Part shown: positions 50,780-61,711 of the stretch, one piece after another
Layout of the letters: each line of letters starts with the position of its first letter
Position numbering within the stretch: the stretch's first letter is position 1
Source of the DNA: Camelus dromedarius
Lineage: Eukaryota
Length of the DNA stretch: 64,000 bases
Direction of reading: 5' to 3'
Assembly (NCBI RefSeq): GCF_036321535.1
Contig: NC_087436.1
Span: 31,064,001 to 31,128,000 of the forward strand
Notes under the pieces: generated by a model
Told to the model about the DNA's origin: nothing
The model's input: the letters and a program-made list of their open reading frames with translations, nothing else
Database searches by the model: none
Translations under genes and position numbers: made by a program

Positions 50780-51360
50780 CAATGAAAATAATTCATATCC
50801 TGAGGTACTATATTTTCTCTCAGATTGGCAGAGATTAAAAAGAACATTAATGTCTGGGATTAATTGACTATGAGAATATAGGAATATGTGTATATCATTG
50901 GTAAATAAAACCTTACTGGAGGATAATTTGGCAATACGTATGTAGATCTTTTAAAAAGTTACTCTTTTTCCAACAATTCTACTTCTAAGAATTTATCCTA
51001 ACAATGGAAAACCAGGCATTTTCCCTCCAATTTTGTTTATGATAGAAAAAAATATTCAACAACAAAGATTTAGCTTAAGGATTTATATAAAGCTAAAGCC
51101 GTTTAAATTTTATTAAGCACATTCTTTGTGTTTTTGTTTTGTTTTTAAATTTTTTTTATTTATTTTATTTTTTGGAGGTGGAGGTAGTTTGTTTTTTTAA
51201 TTTACTTTTAACGGAGGCGATGGGGATTGAACCCAGGACCTCATGCATGCTAAGCACACACTCTACCATTGAGCTATACCCTCCCCCCAACACATTCTTT
51301 AAGAGTTGGACATATATCCATATAAAAGATTACTGGCAGCTTGAAATAATGATATAAATG
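50780..51360 (+). mobile_element. Old L1ME-type ORF2-end fragment interrupted by the SINE at 51128
   Basis: CAGATTGGCAGAGATTAAAAAG...CTGGAGGATAATTTGGCAATA...AATTCTACTTCTAAGAATTTATCCTA; continues after the SINE as TATATCCATATAAAAGATTAC. Confidence 0.65.
51128..51290 (-). mobile_element. Camelid tRNA-Ala(AGC)-derived SINE (vic-1 type)
   Basis: Minus strand GGGAGGGTATAGCTCAATGGTAGAGTGTGTGCTTAGCATGCATGAGGTCCTGGGTTCAATCCCC (A and B boxes), A-rich tail, 10-bp TSD CACATTCTTT (51118-51127, 51291-51300). Confidence 0.92.
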
Positions 51361-52744
51361 AAAATGAAGATTTCAAAACCTTAGGTTGGTGTGAATGAAG
51401 AACAAGGAACCGTAGCTGACTCACAGTAAATAGTACATAAGAGTTAACAATTGTTGTTCTCCCTTCTTGAACATAGGCAACATGAAGCCAATTATTTCAT
51501 CTATGTTATTCACTGATAGACTGCCAGAACAAAGAACAGTGCCTGGAAAATAACAGGCAATAAATACATGATGAATGAATATAGGCAGGAAGAGCAGAGG
51601 AAAGAAAGGAAAGAAGGTAAGACTCTATTTTAGTAAGAATTATAATTCACATGTAATAACAAGGCAGGAACATCATTAATGTTGATGACTGTATACTTAT
51701 TCAGGTGTATTTGAATGCCTTTTATCTAATTCAGTTTTTGTTTTTCAAGTTAATTAAGAAAAGCATAGATTTAGATGGAAACCTCTATGATTCACTCTCT
51801 CTCATATGCCCTGGAGTAAATTTTGACCTATTGTTGACTTCATTTTAAACTTTTTATATTATCACCTAACTCTAGGTCCACATTTCCCTTTAACTTATGC
51901 AGAGATCTGTTTATTTTAGAGGAGAACCATGCTCTACTCAAACACTTAGGGGATTAAAACAAATTACACAGTGTGTTCACTGGACAGCAGAATTTGCAAG
52001 ATGTAAAATACTTCATATTTTCCTTAAGGATATGTAAATACTTTGAAAATATCACAAAATGATTGTCTTCGCTGGGAAGATAATTTTCATTATTGATGAA
52101 TGTTGTAGTAGAATGCTATCAGGCCAGTCAACCTGCTTTTGGAGGTTGTCAAAAGAGATAAGTCATCAAATAACAATGACCCTGAAGAAGCCAACTGTGG
52201 ACTTTCAGTTTGAAGATAACAAAGTAAAGATATTTATGTACCCTTTTCTCAAAAGTCACGTCTAAAACAGTAAGAATAAAACAGAAAGAAAAACTCTATC
52301 ATTGGTAAAAACAGGCGGCATCTGTGACCCTGAATCACAACACATGACTATAAGTGGAAGAAAGTATGACTAGAAAGAAGGAAAATCATATATAAATGTG
52401 AGTGGAAAGGCAAATGAGGAGAAAACCCACTTGTCATCACAGAACTCTAGAAAGATGTAGGATTATAGTCCTTATGGGCTCAAGGCAGTGTTGAGGTTGG
52501 AACTGAAAACAGGGAGGATTTTTAAATTTTTTTTTTTAATGGCTATATAAGGATCAATCAGACATCCAAATTCTCATCCCCAGCCTAGCGTCAGGCAACC
52601 ACCCTGCCTGTCAGCCCTTGATGAATGCAGAGGTGTATAGTTTGGTTGGAGACAGGGTCCAGACTAAAGGATTTCAGGCAGAGGAAGATAGGAAAGTGAA
52701 ATCTGTACTGGTAATTAGGAGTTTAAGTGCAATTTTTAAGTGAA

Positions 52745-54965
52745 ACTACCAGTTATACTGAAGGGTTAAGTATATACATAAATTATTTGGAATTATCTAC
52801 AAGGAAGATTTGTCCATTCTCCATTAGTTTACTTTTCAGTTATTTATTTTTGTCACTACAGCCTCGTGGATATTTATTTTATACTTTGAGTTACAATCCA
52901 GTACTACTTTACTTATTTTATCAAATTGTTCCTGCCTTGGCCATTAGGAGCTCTTTCAGTTGGCTCCTGTGTCCCTTTGCCATATCCCATCATTGTGGTG
53001 GAGGTATTGTTTTAGCACTTCCTTACTTTCTATCACTGCAAGATGCTCCGGGCTTATCTTGACTATTCTTTCTCAGTCCTAAAGTCAGCCATTTCCCCAA
53101 GAAGACTTGTTTCTTTTCATTTGAACAATGTATTAGAAACCCAAACCTGGATGCTTAAGTGTGCGACCTTTCTGTTTCTGATTTCTAGTTTAATTCTATT
53201 GTGCTCTTAGAACATACCATGTATGATTTCTATTCTTTAAAATTTAAGGAATGTGTTTTATGACCCAGAATGTGGTCTATTTTGGTGAATGTTCCATATG
53301 AGCTTGAGAAGAACATGCATTCTGATGTTGTTGTATGGAGTAGTCTATAAATATTGATTACATCAAGTTGACAATGTTTTTCAAGTCAACTACATTCTTA
53401 CTGAGTTTCTGCCTGCTTGACCTACCAATTACTGTCAGGGGATGTTGAAGTCACCAATTATAAGAGGGAATTTGTCCATTTCTCCTTTCAGTTCTAATAG
53501 TTTTTGCCTCACATATTTTGATTCTTTGTTGTCAGGCACATACATGTTTAGGATTGTTTAGTCTTCTTGAGAAATTAATCCCTTTATCATTATGTAGAAC
53601 CCATCTCTATCCTTGATAATTTTTGTTGTTCTGAAGTCTACTTTGTCTAAAGCTAATATAGCTACTCCAGCTTTTGTTTTTATTAGAGTTAGTATGGTAC
53701 ATCTTTCTCCATCCCTTTACTTTTAACTGATTAAAGTCTTCATATTTAAACCAGATTTCTGGTCAACATATACTTGGGTTTTATTTTTTTAATCTATTCT
53801 GATAATCTCTGCCTTTTAATTAGTGTGTTTAGACCAATCACTTAAAGTGATTACTGATATACTTGGATTAATATAAACCATGTTTGCGACTGTGGTCTAC
53901 TCACTATCTGAGTCTTCTTTTTCTGCCTCCTTTGGTCTTGAGTATTTTAGATGATTCCATTTTATCTCCTCTCTTAGTGGATCAATTATAATTCTTAAAA
54001 AAAAAACTTTTAGTGGTTGTTCCAGAGTTTACAATATACATGTTTAACTTATCTAAGTCCACCTTCAAATAACACTAATTCCACTTCATGTGAGTACAGG
54101 TTCTTTGTAACAGAGTACACTCATTTCCTCTCTCCTTATGACATTACTGTCATTTATTTCATTTTTCCACATGCTAAAATCCTCCAGTACATTATTGCTA
54201 TTACTGCTTTGAACAGTTATCTTTTAGATCAATTTAGAACAAGAAAAATACATTATTTATTTTACCTTAACTTATTTTTTCTCTGGTGCTCTTTTCTTTT
54301 TATAGGGCCATGTTTCTAATATCATTTCCCTTCTGCCCAAAGAACATCTTTTAACAATTCTTGCAGGGCAGATCTGCTGGTAATAAGTTACCTCAGTTTT
54401 TGTTTGTCTAAGAAAGACTTTATTTCTCCCTTATTTTGAAGGATCATGTCATTGGATATAGAATTATTGATTGGAGGTTGTTTTTCCTTCATCTAGACTG
54501 TGGTAAAGTCCTTCCTCCTGAAAAGTATATCTTTGTCATGGAGAAGGCTTTTTACTATGGAGAGAAAACACAATGAGTACTCCTTACCCCTCTGCCAGAG
54601 ACAAGAGAAGCTCTTTCTCAGATTATCACTATGGGAACCAGGTAAAGCTCCAAAAGTGTGGCTCCATAATTTTGGCTCTCAGGAGTCTCCCACTGTCATG
54701 TTAATCAATAGGTAGCCTCTAAAAATCTGTCAAAATTGTCATTTAAGTGTTCCTGTCACATTATGGCTCCAGTGTCTTCTGCTCAGATAATCTAATCTCA
54801 GCTTGAATTCTGTCCAAGATTTCAGGGTGATGGGGTGCCCTAAAGACTCAATTCTCTTGTGGGTCCAAGAAAGTGACTGATTTTCAGTTTGTTCAACACT
54901 TTTGTTGTTACAAGGGCAGGAGGGACAATTTCCAAGCTCTATACATGTCAGAGTTGAAAACTGGT
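52745..54965 (-). mobile_element. L1MC/MD-type element, internally deleted (5' end, ORF1 end, ORF2 endonuclease, 3'UTR)
   Basis: 5'-end motif at about 54490-54965; ORF1 C-terminus (antisense CCTCAGTTTTTGTTTGTCTAAGAAAGACTTTATTTCTCC); endonuclease region (antisense TGACCCAGAATGTGGTCTATTTTGGTGAATGTTCCATATGAGCTTGAGAAGAAC = FFSSSYGTFTKIDHILGH); L1MC/MD 3'UTR at about 52745-53160. Confidence 0.85.
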
Positions 54966-56011
54966 CTAGATATAAAATTTTCATGACAAAAAGTTCAAAT
55001 ATTAAATTTTAAAAGTTGACTTCAGAATCAAACAAAAAAATCCTTCCTTTTGATTTTGCAATCTTGTGATATATAAGATATATAAAATTATACACACAAA
55101 AATGCTAACTACTATGAAAATAATTTTAAAAACTATTTCCAACTATACCTCATCTATTCCATTCAAATACCTCCTGAGCAATACAGGCAGATGAAATGCT
55201 AAACACAAAATTTTTTAGCTTTCAGCAAAGCATAAAGAGAAATTGATAAGTGAGCGTCAACTGGCTGCTTTCAGTAATTTTCATATTAGCACTTATAAAG
55301 AAAATATAAAAAAATACTTCTAAAGCAACTCTGTATCTCCATCAAGGCTATTTTTTAAAAATGTATTTAAAACTTTAGTAATCACTGGCTGACGTTAGTT
55401 ATCTTATTGAAAATGGAATAAAAATGCTAGCTCCATCATATTGGTTTTCATGGTGCTTTGATGATTATTTGAGTAGGAATTTTGATACTCATTGATTAAA
55501 TTCCATGTTTTTTTTTTCAAAATGTGATTATAAGAAGAATAAAAATACCATAATGAATCCATGAATAATGTACACTTGGGACTAACTGCAGGGATAAATT
55601 ATGACACATTAGTATGATGATGGCAATATATAATGGATTGGGAGGTGTGGAGAACTTTTCTTCCATTTACTCACTAATTGCCCTGTAAGTTACCTAATTA
55701 ACATCTAAAATACCCCAGTACAGAATATTCAGCAAGTTTATATCTTTCAGCTTTCATATGAAAGGATATTTTATCAGAAAATATTTCTAATCTAGTTAAC
55801 ATGTAACAAGTTACCATATTTCTCCAGACTTAAAAATGCTCAGCGACAAGCATATACTAAATGTTTAAGTGTTAGGAGTGATAGGGACATTATAGTGTAG
55901 CCTGTTCCCTAGTACATGAGGGCTAAAATTTAATATTGAAATTTTATTTGAAAATTCAAACTCTTGACATCTTCTGAAATATCAAAAAATCAGACTACAG
56001 TAAGTCAGAAA

Positions 56012-56025
56012 GTCTCCATAGTAAC
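56012..56025. promoter_or_regulatory. RFX X-box-like motif with an adjacent inverted partial copy
   Basis: GTCTCCATAGTAAC followed by ATTACTATGTAAAC (56027-56040); CATAGTAA/TTACTATG inverted repeat. Confidence 0.3.
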
Positions 56026-56419
56026 AATTACTATGTAAACTTATCTAGAGCTGAACATAGATTCAGATCTATATATACCAGGATTATCAATCAATAAAAG
56101 AAGAAGGTTTGGCTTTAATTTTTGAGCAGTCTCCATTAGTGCAAAAACTGTCTACAAGGTCTTTTAGTTATTCAAGTGTAACTTATATCCACCTTTTTTT
56201 TTAATTATTAGGGAAAGCATGAATGCACTGACCTAAATTGAAAGCAAGTGTTTTAAGTTGATAACTTAAGTCTTCAGTTCTCAATGAAGCTTGAGTACGT
56301 GCGTTAGAGAGCTATATATACTAGAACACCCAATTGTTTCTCTCTGAGAAATATTTTTTACTCTAAGCTTGTGTCGTTCTCTTACCTTACCTGTCCTCTG
56401 AAGCTGTTTGAGTTCAGGA

Positions 56420-57200
56420 TCCTTGTTTTATACTCAGACCAACTTAAATCAAATCCCAGTTCTGCCAGTTACAAGTTGTAAAACTTTAGGCAAACCAACC
56501 AACTTCTTTGAGCCTCAGTACAAAAGAAAACATAATAATACAATTGTGTCTATCAGTCAGTGTCAGTCAAGAAAACAGAGCTACTATGAGCCTTATAGGA
56601 ATAAACCGCTTACACATCTTGGGGCTAGGGTGGGAGCAGGCTGGGTAAAATAAACATCTGGAAGGGGAAGCCGGAGGGTCAAAGAAAGTCAGTAATTAGT
56701 CTGAAGCACTAGCACTGCACACCAGAAAAGAACTTGCTGGAAAATCCAGGAGGCCAAGCCTGTTCAACCACCAGAGTATGAAGAGGGAGATTCTGAAGAG
56801 GTCTGTGATAAGCCATGGCCTTTGTCTGGCAGCTACTGTTTCTGTGTGTCCATAGTCAAATATCTGGTCGGGATCTGGTGCCACTATTGGCCAGTAGGAT
56901 TATCTTCCAGAAGACAAACTCGACACAGGGAAAAGGAGCAACAAATTGGAATCCACTGGCATTTCTATTTCTGACCATAACAATATCTGACCATGATAAC
57001 TATCTGTGAGTAAGGGCTGCTTCCTACACTGTCATCTTCCAAATCTCACCCAAGTTCCTCCCACAGCAAACTCTAACCAAAACTATACCAGAAAGGAGAT
57101 TCAAGCAACCTGAATCCCAACTTAACCAAACTGACACAGAACAAGCCAGAACAAGAATCTTCCTCATAGTTATGAAGATGATTAATATAACATAGTGTGT
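56420..57200 (+). mobile_element. MIR SINE split by an LTR41-like insertion
   Basis: CAAATCCCAGTTCTGCCAGTTAC...TTAGGCAA...AACTTCTTTGAGCCTCAGT (left part); CCTCATAGTTATGAAGATGATTAA (right part). Confidence 0.7.
56549..57138 (-). mobile_element. ERVL-class solo LTR (LTR41-like)
   Basis: Minus strand begins TGTGTCAGTTTGGTTAAGTTGG...GGTTAGAGTTTGC...GAGGAACTTGGGTGAGATTTGGAAG...AGCAGCC and ends ...CTGACTGATA. Confidence 0.75.
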
Positions 57201-57727
57201 GTTATCAGTTTTCTCTGAGAGTAAGCCCATGCCAGATTTGAACAAAACCTCTATACCTCTTAGATTTATTCCAAAGGTTACAATTATTCTAAAACCATGT
57301 GTGAACAGTGTAATTTGAACTAAAGAATTTACTGGTAAGAGTTTATAATGTGGAATCTAAAGTACCTCATTTGAAAAAATTTCTACCAAATATCCTGTTA
57401 CCATCACCAAGTTAGTTTTTCTCCTTTTGATACCTTGCCCTCTTTTGCAGAACATTTTTGCTTCTTGGGTTCCAATCTTGCTCCATTTTTGGATCTGTCT
57501 TATGATGGTTCATTTTTATGTACTGGGTATGTGTCTCAAGGTGTTAAAATGAGATTAGCAGAGTCAATGTTTGAGACTTCATGATGGATTGAAATAATTC
57601 TGTTCATGAGCAACGTTTACAAATCCAGTAACAGAAATTATATTTCCCTATTTAACCACAGAATTTATTTTTTTCAGTATTCTGCATTCAATTAATTGCT
57701 TTGTTACCTATAGTAAGTAATGTAAGC

Positions 57728-57845
57728 ACCTTTTTCTCTCTCACTCTTTCCCTCCTTCACCTCTTTTTCATCCCTGTTCTCTTCCTCTCTTTCTCACTTT
57801 CTCTCTCCCCTTCCCCCCTTTGCCTCACTGTCCTTCCCTCTCACT
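57728..57845. repeat. CT-rich low-complexity polypyrimidine tract
   Basis: Almost pure C/T run of about 115 bp. Confidence 0.85.
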
Positions 57846-57999
57846 CTGAAATCCTTCATCAACTTTTGGTCACCAAAAGTAGATTTGACGCTAGATACAT
57901 ATATGGATATATAAAACAAAAATATAAAGTATATCATTGCATGACTTTCATATGCTTTCTGAATCTGGATAGAACTAAGAACATAATGTGAGAATAGGT

Positions 58000-58553
58000 A
58001 TATAAGGAAAGGTAGTATCCTGCACTAAAGTCAGAATGCCCATTTTCTGGCCCTTCCTCTTCCAGGAACAGCTCTGGGGCTGTGACATCTATGTAACTCT
58101 CTGTAAACTGGTAACATGAAGCTAGAGGGTCTTCACAGCACCTAACATTCTATGAGATGATTTAAGCAGAGTATAAAAAATAGCAATATGGATTTAGATA
58201 AATAAAATATGGTATTGAAACCTCTCTCTCTAGAAAAAAAAATGTGAGAATAGAGATTAAAAATGGAAAGTGTTCCATAAAATTGAACAGCTAATACAGA
58301 ATCCAAGTACCTATCCTCTGGGAAGACTTCTCAGCATTCTCAATTACACCTCTGCTTGATGTGTCTTTACCATTTTAGACATGTACAGATTATGGCACAT
58401 AAAACCTTGTTGTAATTATCTCTTATAAAGTTGGCTTCCCCCACTATACTGGGAGTAGAACCATTCTTTCACATCCTTGCAGCATCAGCACCTAGCAATG
58501 AATATATAACAGATAGTCAATAGAGGGCTGCATTAATAAATGAATGAATGAAT
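58000..58553 (+). mobile_element. MIR3-like fragment followed by an L2 3' end
   Basis: AAAGTCAGAA...TCTGTAAACTGG...GAGGGTCTTCACAGCACCTAACATTCTATGA; then CCTCTGGGAAGACTTCTC...CAGCACCTAGCA...AATGAATGAATGAAT. Confidence 0.65.
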
Positions 58554-59104
58554 TATTTAATCATGCTTAGCACAATAAATAGCTATCTGGAAACAAAATA
58601 CATCAATCTCTCTTTCATCGCATTTCTTTTCTTTTTTTTCAGAAAACAATAAACTAGTCTTTCAGTAGAATTTTACTTCTTTTATCCTCTTATAATGTGT
58701 ATTTTAAGCACATATTCCTTTAACTAAAGGTTTTTTTTTTACATGTTGACTATACTAATAAGAAATGAATCATCACTCCTGAAATTCTTTCAGAATCAAA
58801 TATTCCAGTTTTAACTCAGACAGGGTTTTATCTAATCTGGGATCTTCTTTGTATATTTTACTAAGTGATCATTTTCTACATCTTATTTATAAATATAGAG
58901 ACTCCTGGAATAAGTCATATTGAATTTTAAATTAAAAAAAAATTATACATAATCCATGATAACCTGGGAAGCAAATTTGGAGCCATTATATTCATATAAA
59001 ATACAGTTATATAGAATGTGAATTTAACAAATTTGAATTAATGAAAAAGAAAGAATAATAGACAATAAAATTAATCCTCTGTTCTTGCAAAAATCCTTTA
59101 TATT

Positions 59105-59290
59105 TATAAGGCAGTTCTGAGACATTAACTCTATACCTTTACAAGAATTCAGTGATTTTTTTTTTATTTGCCAAGGTATCAACTGAGACTCAGTAAATTA
59201 CACGACTTGTTAGAGTTCATGAAAATTACAGGGAGTAGTACTGAAACCACAGCTGAGAGCTCCTGATTCCTAGTCCACTTTTCCTAGCAT
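59105..59290 (-). mobile_element. MIR fragment
   Basis: AACTGAGACTCAGTAAATTACACGACTTG...CTCCTGATTCCTAGTCCA. Confidence 0.6.
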
Positions 59291-59350
59291 CAAAAACCAC
59301 AGTATATCTGTTACATATCAATTTTGGTAAATAAATATATTTTAAGTATA

Positions 59351-59353
<3 letters not shown>

Positions 59354-59411
<58 letters not shown>

Positions 59412-59419
59412 ATATATAT
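59354..59419. repeat. Compound microsatellite (TC)20(TA)9
   Basis: Perfect TC run 59354-59393 abutting a TA run 59394-59411, plus a short TA continuation. Confidence 0.97.
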
Positions 59420-61281
59420 CTCACTATTAATATTCCTATTTTAGTACCTTCTATGCAGAAATATTAGAATGCATAGATATTACATTCTTTAAGTATAAAC
59501 CAATATAGGTATAAAACAGTATTATTAAAACTCACAATAATATGGCATTTAAAAATTGATTTGTCTCGATTGATGGAGAATCTAATTTAGGTTAAATAAC
59601 TATGTTTATGAAATTACTTCAGGATTTATTGGCTGTAGCATGATAACTCATCAACTGCAGTTAAGCTTGCAGGAATTTTAGCAGAAACGTTAATTAACAA
59701 TAATTTTAAAAACTGCCAAAAGCTGCAGCAAGTTCACTCTGCATTCATAGCAACATGTGCTGGGCTTCAAAAAGAAAGTCATTTCCTAAAACTGTTTACT
59801 TTTATGTCATTGAACTCATTATTGAAAATAAGTGAGCAGTATTGATTTGGATGGTTTAATAATTCAAAATGGTTAAAGGCAATAACAGCACTTGAACAGA
59901 CAAATATTTCCTATTATTGTTTATTACCAACTTTAACTATAATGACTCAATTAATCCAGACATGGTTTCCCAAAGCAAATTGAAATGCAATTATCAGACC
60001 AATACGATGCTAAAGTCAGTAACTTAAACCTCAGGCAGACAATTTTATAAAGTGATATAATCAATATTATACTCAAGGTGGTGTGTGGTGTTGTTAATTT
60101 GCCACAGAAAATACAGAAACTCCATTGCCTTTTAAAATATCTCTCAAAATCTACTGATGTGTTATTGGTTGCACTTTGGATAACTACTTTGCACCATATG
60201 TATGATTTATAAAATAGGTTACATTCATATGCTTTCAATGAGGACATCTGCCACTGTTAGGGAAAAAAATATGGCTAATAAATACTTGGACTCAGTAGAT
60301 GTATAAGTGTCTGTATCAACATATAATTTTTATATATCCCTTGTATTAGAGAAATATCTCTACATAATTTTTGTTCATAAATCCACTCACAGGCATCACT
60401 GCTATTATCTTATCAAATTTCCCTTCAAAATAAACTGTTGGCTCTAAAACCAAGTTGTTCCTATATTTGTCCATCATAGCTCTTTTTACATTGAAGAAAA
60501 CAGAACACTAACATACCTTTGATAGAGAAAATCATGTTGTCTTCTGGGCATCTGTTTCAGTTATTCATCTTGGACTATGACTAGTATTCTCTATGAACCT
60601 TTACAATCCTCCAATTCAGAATTACTGATGTTTATAAGAAGTAAAATACACAAAGCTATAAATCCAGCTCAAGTAAGGATTGAGACTATGATCAGGAACT
60701 ACCTTCAGCCAAAGGAAAAACCTATTATTGGCTAATAGTGCACTATGCTTTCTTTCCTTTTTTCTTTTTTTCTTTTTTCAGTATGAAAGCACTCATATCC
60801 AACCACAGAATAAGAATAACTACTAATTGTTTTTCTGCTCAAAGAGACCTATCATTGGTTGGCAACTAAAGTAGCAAGAATAGTATTTTCTCCCACTCAC
60901 AGAAAAGAAAATCTGATGTACTGAATATAGATAAGAAAAATCTTTCAGATTCAATTAAATTGCTAAAGAAATATTCTTATTTTCCTTTAAATTCTGATTG
61001 GTATGATAATGGCCACTGTCCTCAAAGAAATACAATCAGCATCAAATACAAAAGAATGCTGAAATTAAAATACCATTTTGTGTGTCTTCACAAATTTTAA
61101 GAAATATTATTAAAAATACATTTATACAAGACTAAATAATGGAAAGATATACTTTAAAAAATTAATATCTCCAACCATACACCTTCCAATGTCAACCCTG
61201 TGAGAGGACAATATGCTGTGTATTGATGTATATACTTCCACCAAATTCTCCATGTCTGTACAAACAGAGATACACTTTAGT

Positions 61282-61711
61282 TGATGTTGAATTGTATTGA
61301 ATCACCAGATTTGCCTTCAGGAATGAAGGGCTTGTCCCAGCTGTTGGAAGTGCAGCTGTAAGATGGCTCTCAGCTCTCAGTTATCCTTGGAATTGTGTCA
61401 GCTAAAGAAAACTCCCTCTTGAAAGCTCATGCCTCCTTGCAGGGGTGGTCGACATCTAATGACTGCTCATCCCATGGGTGAAGACTCCTGACTCCCCCAT
61501 ATCAACTCAGAAGAAATCTGAGGACCATGCCAACTCCAAAGTACCCATGAGGTAGAGGGAAGCTTTTACTGGTTTTTCACCACAGATAGTTCCCTCTTCT
61601 CAGTCCTATTTCAGCTCCTTCCTTCCACAAGTGGGGCTGTGGAGAGCACTCCTAATAAACATCCAGCCCACTGATCACCATCTCAGAAGATTTACAGAGA
61701 ACTCTGAAATA
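61282..61711 (+). mobile_element. ERVL-class solo LTR (LTR16A-like)
   Basis: CCTTCAGGAATGAAGGGCTTG.CCCAGCTGTTGGAAGTGC...CTCAGCT...CAGCTAAAGA...GAGAGCACTCCTAATAAACATCC...CATCTCAGA. Confidence 0.85.
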
